Of a DNA stretch of 64,000 bases, positions 17,410 to 27,104 are shown one piece after another. Each line of letters opens with the position of its first letter. Within the stretch, counting starts at the first letter, position 1. The DNA is from a phage: assembly GCA_018865545.1 (NCBI GenBank), contig GCA_018865545.1_3633.1; one strand, 5' to 3'. The notes beneath the pieces are model-generated. The model ran no database searches. It was not told the origin of the DNA and was given only the letters and a program-made list of their open reading frames with translations. The translations under genes were made by a program, and so were the position numbers.

Positions 17410-18132
17410 ATGGGAGGTGTATTGAGTGATACGGTTTTGTGCATGTTTGACGGATCAGGCATCATGGGTTACGAATGGGCAAAAAACGGGTATAAAGTAA
17501 TATGCCTTAACTATGATGATGCTGACCACGGCGGTTATGAAAGTATCCGAGTAAAACATAAAAATATAGAATACATTAATGTTTGGATAGATGACCAGTT
17601 TAACCCAACAGAGATAGGGATCTGTAAGCCAAGTATTATATTCGCATTTCCACCATGTACTGACATGGCTGTTAGTGGTGCAGCGCATTTCGCAAGAAAA
17701 GCTGCAAAAGACCCTTTATTCCAGATAAAGGCTGTAAATACAGCAAAGGTGGCAGCAAGGTTGGCAGATGAATACGACTGCCCTTACATGATAGAAAATC
17801 CTGTTAGTGTTCTATCTTCTCTGTGGCGTAAACCAGATCATTCATTTCATCCTTATGAGTACGGCGGGTATCTATCAGAGAATGATGTTCATCCGTTTTT
17901 TCCAGAATACATAAAACCCAGAGATGCCTACCCTAAGAGGACTTGTTTGTGGACAGGCAATGGTTTTAAGATGCCGGAGAAATTACCTGTCCCCGTGTTA
18001 AGAGGGTATTCTGAGCAGCACCTAAAATTGGGTGGTAAATCAAAAAAGACAAAGGTTATAAGATCGTTAACCCCAAGAGGATTTGCCAAAGCTGTATTCC
18101 TATATAATGATTTTAGGAGGGCTGGTGGATAA
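17410..18132 (+). CDS. C5-cytosine methyltransferase-like protein (compact)
   Basis: motif I-like FDGSGIMG, motif IV-like FPPCTD..SGA (PC dipeptide), motif VI-like ENP; only 240 aa. Confidence 0.45.
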   Translation: MGGVLSDTVLCMFDGSGIMGYEWAKNGYKVICLNYDDADHGGYESIRVKHKNIEYINVWIDDQFNPTEIGICKPSIIFAFPPCTDMAVSGAAHFARKAAKDPLFQIKAVNTAKVAARLADEYDCPYMIENPVSVLSSLWRKPDHSFHPYEYGGYLSENDVHPFFPEYIKPRDAYPKRTCLWTGNGFKMPEKLPVPVLRGYSEQHLKLGGKSKKTKVIRSLTPRGFAKAVFLYNDFRRAGG

Positions 18133-18274
18133 AAATGTCAAGATTCTCACAGGAACTAGTATTTCAGAATTAGAATTAAAGCTAAACACTTGGTTTAGAA
18201 AAGGTTACTGTATTTCAGGTGGTATATCTGTGTGTAATGGCTGGTATATGGCTGTAGTTACCAAACCCTTCTAA
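18125..18274 (+). CDS. hypothetical small protein
   Basis: possible GTG start after AGGAGG. Confidence 0.25.
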   Translation: MDKNVKILTGTSISELELKLNTWFRKGYCISGGISVCNGWYMAVVTKPF

Positions 18275-18283
18275 GGAGAAGAG

Positions 18284-20284
18284 ATGAAGATGACAAAATG
18301 GGGGGCTGGTGCATACTTTGAAGGTGAGAACCCAAAAGCATTCCGACCTACAAAAAGTGGTGGTAAAGTGAATTATCAGAAAAAAGAAGAAGAAACTGTA
18401 GAGTCTGTCCTAGATAGTACAAGGATCTTGGCTGTCCCCCAAATGGATATTAGTTTAGATGCAGCTAAGTACTTCAAGATCAGATCTGCAACAGATTTGA
18501 AAGACGGTACTACAGTGGTGGCAACATATCTTCCATATTATGACAAATATGGGAAATTGACAGGGTACAAAAAACGAGACTGGACTGTTCCGAAAGAGAA
18601 AAAGGGGCATTTCTCTGTTGTTGGCACAGTAAAGGCTTCCTCTCAATTTTTTGGTCAACATGAGGCCTCTATGGGATCTGGTAAAAAACAGATCTTTATT
18701 GTTGAGGGGGAAGGTGATGTAACGGCTGGCTGGCAAGCTGGGTTTGAGTATATTAAATTCCTTCATAGCAATCCTAACACGTCACGTTCAGTACGTGAGT
18801 GGGCAAACAATGCTTTAAAAGGCATCAAAGCAATTCAGGATGGGGAAGAGGTTTCTAATTGCCCGACATTACCTTTTATCGGGTTGAACTGTGGTACAGC
18901 CAATGCTGTGGATACATTCGCCCACAACGAAAAGTTTATCAGGGAATATGAAAAGATTGTCCTTGGCTTAGACAATGATGAAGCCACAGCAAGGGAAAAA
19001 GAACACAGAATTAAGAAAGGTAAGGAAGCCACAGATGATGTCGCAGGTTTTTTACTGTCTGACAACATCTATGTTGCACGATACCCAAATGAGCGCAATG
19101 ACCCAAATGGTGTTAAAGATATCCGGGATATTTACAAAAAAGGTAAATGGATGGATATCTGGAATATGTTTGCTAAAGCGCAGGATAAATATGTTCCAGA
19201 CAAATTGATTGGGTTGGAGAGAATATCTATTGAAAATCTCCGTAAAAAGAAAAAAGATGGCGTTCCGTTGCCGTGCTTTCCTCGTTTGTATGAACTAACA
19301 AGAGGCCCACGAACAGGAGAATTGTGGACACTGACAGGCCCATCTGGAGCTGGGAAATCAACTTTCTCAAGAAAGATTGAGTATGCAATTATCGAGTACC
19401 TCCGTAACATGGATATTCCCCGATTAGACGGTTGGAAAGAGAACGAGAAAATTGCAATTATTCGTCTAGAGGAGGATGAGGAGGAGTCTGTAAACAGCTT
19501 ATATGCTGAGGAGCTAAAGATTGACCCGAAAGCATTTGTTGCAGACCCAGAACAATTCCTTACCGATGAGCAGCACTTAGCTATACACCAACGATGGATT
19601 GCCGAAGATAAGGTTAAAATTTTCGATCACTTTGGTTCAATACCAACTGACCAATTACTACAAAAATTGAAACAGATGGTTTTCCTTGATGGGTGTAGAT
19701 GGATTATCTTAGATCACTTATCGATGGTGATATCAGGATTAAAATCCGATAACGAGCGAAGAGATTTAGATAACATCATGACGGAATTGGCTGCCTTCTG
19801 CAAAAAATATGACGTGTTTATCCTCAGTATCAGCCATATGAAGCGTAAAGAGATCCAGATTCCAAAAGACAAAGATGGTAATCTCTTACCGTTTTGGTAT
19901 CCTGTGCGGAAAGAGGATCTCCGTGGGTCAGCAGCACTCGAACAGTTATCATGGGTTGTATTAGGTGTTGAACCTGAAGAACTCCCTGATCGCTCTCGTG
20001 GGCGTATTCGTAGCGTTGTAATGAAAAACCGTCCACATAAAAAATTAGGTATAGCGGATACTCTGATTATGGATGATAATGGTCAGTTTTCTGATGCGTC
20101 AGGATGGGTGTGGGAAGACAATATGTTTAAACTCAACGGGGAGGTAATGCTAAGACCTAAATCAATGGTTCAAAGTTTAGAGCTTGAAACACCTGTGGGT
20201 AAAATTGCTGTTTCTGTTCCTCAACAAGAACCTGCTGTTGTTATTGAGGAACCTGAAGATTTGGACAACGACACACCATTTTGA
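18284..20284 (+). CDS. DNA primase-helicase (TOPRIM plus DnaB-like)
   Basis: TOPRIM-like IFIVEGEGD; Walker A GPSGAGKST; 666 aa. Confidence 0.7.
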   Translation: MKMTKWGAGAYFEGENPKAFRPTKSGGKVNYQKKEEETVESVLDSTRILAVPQMDISLDAAKYFKIRSATDLKDGTTVVATYLPYYDKYGKLTGYKKRDWTVPKEKKGHFSVVGTVKASSQFFGQHEASMGSGKKQIFIVEGEGDVTAGWQAGFEYIKFLHSNPNTSRSVREWANNALKGIKAIQDGEEVSNCPTLPFIGLNCGTANAVDTFAHNEKFIREYEKIVLGLDNDEATAREKEHRIKKGKEATDDVAGFLLSDNIYVARYPNERNDPNGVKDIRDIYKKGKWMDIWNMFAKAQDKYVPDKLIGLERISIENLRKKKKDGVPLPCFPRLYELTRGPRTGELWTLTGPSGAGKSTFSRKIEYAIIEYLRNMDIPRLDGWKENEKIAIIRLEEDEEESVNSLYAEELKIDPKAFVADPEQFLTDEQHLAIHQRWIAEDKVKIFDHFGSIPTDQLLQKLKQMVFLDGCRWIILDHLSMVISGLKSDNERRDLDNIMTELAAFCKKYDVFILSISHMKRKEIQIPKDKDGNLLPFWYPVRKEDLRGSAALEQLSWVVLGVEPEELPDRSRGRIRSVVMKNRPHKKLGIADTLIMDDNGQFSDASGWVWEDNMFKLNGEVMLRPKSMVQSLELETPVGKIAVSVPQQEPAVVIEEPEDLDNDTPF

Positions 20285-20478
20285 GAGAAAAAGAGGATAC
20301 GTGTAAAATATGATGAGTTAGCTATTCGTGTTGCCAAGGGGCTTGAGGGGTACATTCCCGCCAAGAGAAGCCCTTTGGCAAAGAAACATAAATCAAAAAT
20401 AGGTAGTTTTCCACATAATCTATAACCAACTAAGAGATGGGCGACGATACAGTCAAGCCCATCTTGAATAGGAGGAGT

Positions 20479-22515
20479 ATGAAAGGGCTTTTTGTCGGAG
20501 ATAACGAAGCTGACGGATTATTAGAAGAGGCAACTAAATATCACTGCACACTTTTTAAAGAATATGCTGTAAATAACTGGGTGTTGTTTCTCGATCCTGC
20601 TCACAAGGAATACCAGAGTGCAGTTAATTTTGCACGCAGCAAAGAAGGTGTTAATTTACGTATCCTTTCTTATGATGATTTTTACTCTTGGTTGCAGACC
20701 GAGCCAAGAGGGATAGCAATACATAACCTGTTCGGCTATGATTTACGTCTGTGGAAAAAACTTTCTGGGATTGAATATGACATGTTCAAAGACCCAAAAT
20801 GTATGGGGACGATAGGTAATAAACAGGTAAATCTTTACGACACTCTTTCAATGAGTCGTGTTCTTTACCCAGATCGCCCATTGCCTAATGGCTGCCCAGA
20901 TTCTGTATTGAACCCTGTAACAGGAAAACGTGACAGGGTTGGGCCACACGGCTTATTGGCATGGGGTTATCGTGTAGCAAACAAGAAAGTGCAGATTGAT
21001 GATTGGCGTAATCAGCCATTGTGGGAATATGTAAACCGTGTGTGGGAAGACGTTATCATTAACGAACTTGTGTGGAAAGCTCTTATTGATGAGTCAAATG
21101 GTACGCGATGGCCTGATGACAAGCAGTTTATGTACACTGATAAACCTCACGGGATGCACCAGATTAATTGGAAAAATGCATTACGTAGGAGAATGCTCAC
21201 AGACTATTTGATGATAGAGCAAGAAATACAAGGCGTATACTTTAATCGGGAGGAGGCAGAAAAATTAAGAGATCGCATAGATAAGATGATGCGAGAAATT
21301 GAAGAAGAGGTAGAACCACTTCTTCCAAAAAAAGAGATGACGAAATCTCAACAACCAAAATTCCCAGCTAACCCTTTTGACACAGCGGGTAATATATCTC
21401 ATCATGGGTGGAATTGGTTGGAATATAAACTTGGCTATCCTGTTAACAGGGAAGCTCTGGAGTTTAAAGCTCCACCAAAAACAGCTTTTAAGAGTAATGG
21501 GGATGTAAGTGCAGCAGGGGAGAGATATTGCATCCAGAATGGCATTGAAGATCCGGCTTTATACGGTGATTTCATTCGTTCCCAGCGAACCAAAGAGAAC
21601 ACACTCGAACCTTTACCGCCAGATCTTCTAGAGAAGGCTAAAGAAGACCTTCGAAACAGAAAAATGCCAGATTTAATGGTTCCAATGAAAATCTCTAATC
21701 AAGATGATATTAAAAAATATTTGATCAAAGATGCTGGTTGGAAACCTACACTGTGGCGTGTAAAAGATGTTACTAAGGATCAATTTAAAAAGACTCGTGA
21801 AGATTCTGAAATTGATGTACTAGTTAAGAAGTACATAGAAGAGTTGGCAGAGTCTGAGTATAAATCTCTTATTCTTGACTACCTTAATGATTCAGATGAG
21901 AAATTCAACATTTCAGAGCGTAAGTTTGACCATCGCCATGCATCTGAAAGGGGTTATTCAGAGATATTTAAGAAATTTCGGCGTAAAGCACGCCAGTTAC
22001 CGACATCTCCTCAATTAAAAGATAATTTTGGGCATCTGTGTCCAAATTTGGAGAAAATTGATGTGCATATGGCAAAACAGATTGTTAAGTGGCTATCACT
22101 TCGTAACAGGCGATCTGTTTTAGACCCAATGGATGAGGATAAGACGGATACAGGGTTATTAAATCACCCTCGTTTAGACATTGACGGAAAACTTCCAGCA
22201 CGTTTTTCTGGAATCACTAACACGGGCAGGTGCAAGCATACTGTTTGCGCAAACATGCCCAAGCCTGATCCGAAGGTTTTGTTGGGAAAAGAAATGCGGG
22301 GTCTTTGGACAGTCCCTGAAGGCTACTACCTGATGGGTTGTGATGGATCTAACTTAGAAGGTATGATTGCAGCGGCAGGGGCTTTTGAGTTTGATGGTGG
22401 TGAGTATTTACGTATCATGATGGAAGAGGATGCCCATGAACGAAACGCAAGAGCATACACAATAGCAGCAGGAAAGGAGGTAACACGCTCTGGAGGAAAG
22501 GGGGTTACGTATGGT
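20479..22515 (+). CDS. family-A DNA polymerase, exon 1 (3'-5' exonuclease to start of motif B)
   Basis: start ATG 20479 after AGGAGG; Exo I-like FVGDNEADGL; motif A-like CDGSNLEGM; ends ...RSGGKGVTYG, the first half of motif B. Confidence 0.75.
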
Positions 22516-23249
22516 TAATGATAGCCCCCTTACAAAGTAATTTGTAAGGTGCACCCATTGAATTGCTGGGAAGTCTGACCGAGTTATGTCGAAGATAATC
22601 AGCAGGTAAGCGAATGCTTCCCTCTTACAAAAGGAGGGAGAATATGAGTACATTTTGTTGTATAATCTGCGGTGAACAATGTGTTAAAACTGGTAAAAAT
22701 CAAAAAGTATGTCTCTCTGAAGGTTGTAGAAGAGAATATTCAAAGATAAAAACCAGAGAATATAGACGCAGAAAGGCCGAAAGAGAAAATAGGCTTGACA
22801 GAGTTGGCATAGGAAAAGGTGGTGGGCAGCCTCGTGGGAAATTGTCCAAATTTTATAAAAATGGCATATCGATGTTTCGTAAGTTATCCCCTGTCATAAA
22901 GGAACAGAGAAGATACTGTAATAGATGTAATAAAGATCTTCTTTATGCAGGTAAGGATGAGTGGTGCGTTCATCATATTGACCATGATAGGACGAATAAC
23001 GAAATAAGTAATTTTGAATTACTTTGTAAAAAATGCCATCAAATAGAACATAAATGTTGGGAAGCATTCGAAACTTCAACGACTAGCCGAAAGGCGTAGG
23101 GCCAAGCGGTGAGGGAAACCTCCAGTCTTTCAGACTGCCGAAGCAGTGGGCATCCTGAAAAGGATGAAGATATAGTCTGATCTGCATAGAAATATGTAGC
23201 AGTTCCTAAGAGGACGGGCATGGTGTAGCGAGCCATGTTGAACAATATG
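22516..23249 (+). mobile_element. group I self-splicing intron (IA-like) in the DNA polymerase gene
   Basis: exon 1 ends in U, intron ends in G; P-like AATTGCTGGGAAG (22561-22573), Q-like AATCAGCAGG (22597-22606), R-like TTCAACGACTAG (23075-23086), S-like GAAGATATAGTCTG (23166-23179); several GNRA-capped hairpins; HNH ORF between Q and R. Confidence 0.75.
22644..23099 (+). CDS. intron-encoded HNH homing endonuclease
   Basis: N-terminal Cys-rich zinc-finger-like region; C-terminal CVHHIDHDRTNN...CKKCH HNH motif; start ATG 22644 after AAGGAGGGAG. Confidence 0.7.
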   Translation: MSTFCCIICGEQCVKTGKNQKVCLSEGCRREYSKIKTREYRRRKAERENRLDRVGIGKGGGQPRGKLSKFYKNGISMFRKLSPVIKEQRRYCNRCNKDLLYAGKDEWCVHHIDHDRTNNEISNFELLCKKCHQIEHKCWEAFETSTTSRKA

Positions 23250-23882
23250 ATCATGTATGGAGCACAAGCTCCTAAGATAGCCGCAATGCTGGGTATCCCC
23301 CTTAATAGAGCACAGGCTGTAATAGACGCATTCTGGGATAGTAACTTCGGGTTGAAAATGCGTAGAGAGTGGTTAGAAAAATTCTGGGAGGCAAATGGGA
23401 GACGCTATATTCCAGGCATGGACGGGCGTAAAATTTGGACTCGTTCTAAACATTCTCTGCTGAATGCTTACCAACAAAACGGTGGTGCTTCATTGTTTGA
23501 CCTCATGGGAGTCCTGTTCCATTGGGAATTGGTGAAACGGGGATGGTACGACCAAGGTGTCAGGAGGGTTATCTACTACCACGATGAGATACAGGTACAA
23601 GTACCGGAAAGATTTAAATCAATAACGGAGCATTCTAACTTAGAGGCTGCACAAAGCTATGTAGACATGATGCTTGAAAAAGGCCATCGTTTCGACGGGC
23701 ATTATGTGAAAGCAGGTAAAGTTATTGTTGAACCTGATGTGTATGGGAAATACAGGATACTGCATTGCCCAGTAGGAGAGCTTGCAACAAAATGTGTAGA
23801 AAAAGCATCTAAGATAATGGGACTTCCCGTTTTAATTACAGGAGAATATCTTTGTGGATACACATGGGCAGATTCCCACTGA
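23250..23882 (+). CDS. family-A DNA polymerase, exon 2 (rest of motif B, motif C)
   Basis: begins IMYGAQAPKIA, completing motif B (K..YG..YGA...KI) when joined to exon 1; YYHDEIQV matches motif C. Confidence 0.75.
   Translation: MMYGAQAPKIAAMLGIPLNRAQAVIDAFWDSNFGLKMRREWLEKFWEANGRRYIPGMDGRKIWTRSKHSLLNAYQQNGGASLFDLMGVLFHWELVKRGWYDQGVRRVIYYHDEIQVQVPERFKSITEHSNLEAAQSYVDMMLEKGHRFDGHYVKAGKVIVEPDVYGKYRILHCPVGELATKCVEKASKIMGLPVLITGEYLCGYTWADSH
23854..23870 (+). repeat. direct repeat, copy 1 (flanks freestanding HNH gene)
   Basis: GTGGATACACATGGGCA; 14 of 17 nt identical to copy 2 at 24410-24426. Confidence 0.4.
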
Positions 23883-24492
23883 TGAAGTAGAGGAAATTTG
23901 GAAGGATATCGTAGGGTATCCTGATTATCAAGTAAGTAATTATGGAAATGTAAGATCTTTTAAATCAGGAATGTGGAAATACTTAAAAACTAAAAGTGAA
24001 AATTTATCTCCACAATGCTATCCGAGCGTGTGCTTGTACAAAAGGGGTAAAGATTCAGGGAAAAGTTTTTCAGTCCATAGACTTGTAGCGGAGGCTTTTA
24101 AAGAGCCTCCTTCTCCAGAATTGCAGAAAGAATGTAGAAAAACTGTGCTAGGAGTTCCAATTATAAACCACATAGATGGTGACAGACATAATAATAGGGT
24201 TGAAAATCTTGAGTGGTGTACCTATAGCCATAACAATACAGTGGCTTATGGTATGGGGAGAATCCAAAAATTTGGTGATGATTATCATTTATCTGTTCTT
24301 ACAAAGGAGAAAGTTTTAGAGATTGTACGGCTTATTGATTGTGGGATAACACACAAAGCTATTGCGGAACTATTCGGAGTTTCCAGAAATACAATATCTT
24401 CTTTAAATAATGGATACTCATGGTCACATGTCACAGGAAGACCTAAGAAAGTCCAGAAAAGAAGATCAAAAACAGACCCTATATCAGAGTAA
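23854..24492 (+). CDS. freestanding HNH homing endonuclease (NUMOD4-like N-terminus, HNH, C-terminal HTH)
   Basis: EEIWKDIVGYPDYQVSNYGNVRS; HIDGDRHNNRVENLEW; HTH-like ITHKAIAELFGVSRNTIS; GTG start overlaps the polymerase 3' end. Confidence 0.65.
   Translation: MDTHGQIPTDEVEEIWKDIVGYPDYQVSNYGNVRSFKSGMWKYLKTKSENLSPQCYPSVCLYKRGKDSGKSFSVHRLVAEAFKEPPSPELQKECRKTVLGVPIINHIDGDRHNNRVENLEWCTYSHNNTVAYGMGRIQKFGDDYHLSVLTKEKVLEIVRLIDCGITHKAIAELFGVSRNTISSLNNGYSWSHVTGRPKKVQKRRSKTDPISE
24410..24426 (+). repeat. direct repeat, copy 2
   Basis: ATGGATACTCATGGTCA. Confidence 0.4.
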
Positions 24493-24502
24493 GGTAAAAA
24501 TA

Positions 24503-24874
24503 ATGAAAGTAAAAGGAACCAAGACAACAACACAACTTATTGATGTTGAAGTAAACGACTCTGAAATCAAAAGAATCATAGATAGCCAAGACAAAATAAT
24601 CTTGGCAGAAGCAATTCAACAAAAACTTTTAAACAAATTCTTCAAAAGATGCCTACCTTCAATAGACGGAGAGATTATCGTAAGAAAGGACGCTAAGGCT
24701 GGCAATAGAGGAACACGGGTCTTCGTCCATGTTGATGCCGATTGGGATTACCATAATAATGTTGGTGTGGATAAAGAAATCAGGCCATTGACACACGGAG
24801 AGATTGTGCTGTATGAGAACATCCGAAAGCTACCTGAGTATATAATGTCGTTGGATGCTGAATTGGCTAATTAA
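24503..24874 (+). CDS. hypothetical protein
   Basis: start at ATG 24503. Confidence 0.4.
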   Translation: MKVKGTKTTTQLIDVEVNDSEIKRIIDSQDKIILAEAIQQKLLNKFFKRCLPSIDGEIIVRKDAKAGNRGTRVFVHVDADWDYHNNVGVDKEIRPLTHGEIVLYENIRKLPEYIMSLDAELAN

Positions 24875-24940
24875 GAACACTTGCTATAGGCAATCTGTTT
24901 GTGTATCATTTCGCTACCTGACACTTTGTGGAGAATTTCT

Positions 24941-25360
24941 ATGAGAAATGTAAAGATACATGCAATACCAAGTGACTATTTATCACCCCCTGTACAAGGG
25001 AGTTCCTTCTGTACAGACATGGTTTCTTACGATGACTACAAGAAACTGGAGGGTATGTTCATTGACGTAGCATCAGAAAATGCACTCCTAAAGAAGTTCA
25101 TTCGTGAGAGTTGTTATGTTTTTGATGGGGAACAATCTGATATCTCTGATGCATATACCCCAGCAGATCAATCACTTTTAATGCCTGGTTTGGAAGCCAC
25201 ACAGAAGTTTTCTACAGAGATGATGGCTCAAGGTGTTCATATGTACGGTATGCTCACAATCCGTATCGGAGAGCAGGAGCAAGAAGAAAGCATCATCTAT
25301 GCGGGAAAGCAAGCCCTTCTTTATGCAGAACAACTTCGTAATGGAGATTTCGAACAATGA
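24941..25360 (+). CDS. hypothetical protein
   Basis: start at ATG 24941 (track start 24899 is TTG). Confidence 0.4.
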   Translation: MRNVKIHAIPSDYLSPPVQGSSFCTDMVSYDDYKKLEGMFIDVASENALLKKFIRESCYVFDGEQSDISDAYTPADQSLLMPGLEATQKFSTEMMAQGVHMYGMLTIRIGEQEQEESIIYAGKQALLYAEQLRNGDFEQ

Positions 25361-25851
25361 ATTTTGATATTACAAAGCTACATGTCTTACTACAAAGTTT
25401 TTACCTTTCTTACGATGCTTGGGTAAAAAGAGGAGCACCAGACTCTGATATTTTCTCTCGTGACTGCGGTTTGTGTGCTAATTTATATGATTGGTGTAAT
25501 GTGAATCATTTGTCCGGCTACATGGATGACCTACTGGACATGCTGCATGATGATTTCGAAAAGGCGGGGCTAGATAAAAGATTGCCTTTCAACCAGACAA
25601 GCCCCTATAGTAGAGAAATGTTTAAAAATACTTGCCATAAGAACAAAGAACGCTTGCAATGGGTACAAGACAATATAGATTTGTTCAAGAAGGAGCAAGG
25701 AGCTTTAAGAAATAAGTATGAAACTTTGAGCGACGCTGCTAAAATGGTTGTGTATACATGGGCAAGTGCGGACAGTAAACAATTTAAAGCAAGTATGGAT
25801 AAAAGCGTCCCTGTATTACGAGATATTCTGTTCAATGAGGGGGAATCATGA
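25357..25851 (+). CDS. hypothetical protein
   Basis: 164-aa ORF. Confidence 0.45.
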   Translation: MNFDITKLHVLLQSFYLSYDAWVKRGAPDSDIFSRDCGLCANLYDWCNVNHLSGYMDDLLDMLHDDFEKAGLDKRLPFNQTSPYSREMFKNTCHKNKERLQWVQDNIDLFKKEQGALRNKYETLSDAAKMVVYTWASADSKQFKASMDKSVPVLRDILFNEGES

Positions 25852-26162
25852 AAACCTTTACAAAAGAGCAGCTACTTAAGCATGTTCGCTCTAATGTTGA
25901 CCATCTGAAAGACCTCCAACAGCGTGTTGGTGAGGCTGGAGATGAGTATAAGAAGATTTTTGACATGGTATCTCTTGATTTGGAGATTGCTAAGATCGCA
26001 TTAAATGCATTAGAAGCAAAACCGATTGGTGCTTTCCATATCGCAGAGCAGCAAGTCGATGGTACAAGCGATTATATCAAAGATGGGGAATGGCCCATTG
26101 ATAACGGAACAATTGAAGTGTACACTTCACCACTTGCTTTTACAAAGAGTAGCCGATATTAG
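25848..26162 (+). CDS. hypothetical protein
   Basis: 104-aa ORF. Confidence 0.4.
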   Translation: MKTFTKEQLLKHVRSNVDHLKDLQQRVGEAGDEYKKIFDMVSLDLEIAKIALNALEAKPIGAFHIAEQQVDGTSDYIKDGEWPIDNGTIEVYTSPLAFTKSSRY

Positions 26163-26216
26163 ATAATTTACCAAAAATGGGTTTCTTTGGCATATTTTTC
26201 ACAAATGGTTCTTATT

Positions 26217-27086
26217 ATGAAAGATAAAGTTTTTGTTCCGCCTATAAAATCGCAAGGGATTAAGACTAAACTGGTTCCGTGGATAAAGAGAATTGTTCCT
26301 AAAAACTTTAATGGGGTATGGGTCGAGCCGTTTATGGGGACTGGAGTTGTTGCCTTTAACGTTGCTCCTAAAGATGCATTATTATGTGATACAAACCCTC
26401 ATTTGATTTCTTTTTATAATGCATTGAAAAATAAAGATATAACAGGGGATCTTGTTAAGGATTTTTTATATCGTGAAGGTGAAAAACTCTTATTAAGTAA
26501 TGGTGAGTATTATTATGAAGTCAGGGAAAGGTTTAATAATTACAAGGAACCTTTAGATTTTTTATTCTTAAATAGGTCTTGTTTTAATGGTATGATTAGG
26601 TTTAATAGTAAAGGAGGGTTTAATGTTCCTTTTTGTAAAAAACCAAACAGATTTGCACAAGCATATATTACCAAGATTTCGAATCAAGTTGATAGGATTT
26701 CTGAAATAATATCAAAAGGGAACTATACATTCTTGTGTCAGTCATTTGAAAAAACTATTGGCATGGTAAATAGGGATGATGTTGTTTATTGTGATCCTCC
26801 ATATATTGGTAGGCATGTTGATTATTTTAATTCATGGGGAGAGCGTGACGAGCGTTTATTATTTGAAACGTTATCATCTTTGAATGCTACATTTATAACG
26901 TCTACGTGGCATCATAATGATTATAGGGAAAATAAGTACGTTCGTGATTTATGGTCATCTTTTAGAATATTGACGAAAGAACATTTTTATCATGTTGGAG
27001 CGTCCGAAAAAAACAGATCCCCGATGGTAGAGGCGCTAATTACAAATATCAATTACTTACCCCAGGCTGAAGCTGCGAAATGTTGA
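26217..27086 (+). CDS. Dam-like DNA N6-adenine methyltransferase
   Basis: motif [11 protein letters not shown], catalytic DPPY; local GC about 26% against about 40% for the window. Confidence 0.75.
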   Translation: MKDKVFVPPIKSQGIKTKLVPWIKRIVPKNFNGVWVEPFMGTGVVAFNVAPKDALLCDTNPHLISFYNALKNKDITGDLVKDFLYREGEKLLLSNGEYYYEVRERFNNYKEPLDFLFLNRSCFNGMIRFNSKGGFNVPFCKKPNRFAQAYITKISNQVDRISEIISKGNYTFLCQSFEKTIGMVNRDDVVYCDPPYIGRHVDYFNSWGERDERLLFETLSSLNATFITSTWHHNDYRENKYVRDLWSSFRILTKEHFYHVGASEKNRSPMVEALITNINYLPQAEAAKC

Positions 27087-27104
27087 GATTAAGGTGAAAT
27101 AGTT

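Noticed and set aside
18284-20284. Intein in the primase-helicase or other large replication proteins
   Set aside because: No intein splicing blocks or embedded LAGLIDADG/HNH domain interrupt the Walker or TOPRIM motifs; the proteins read as colinear.
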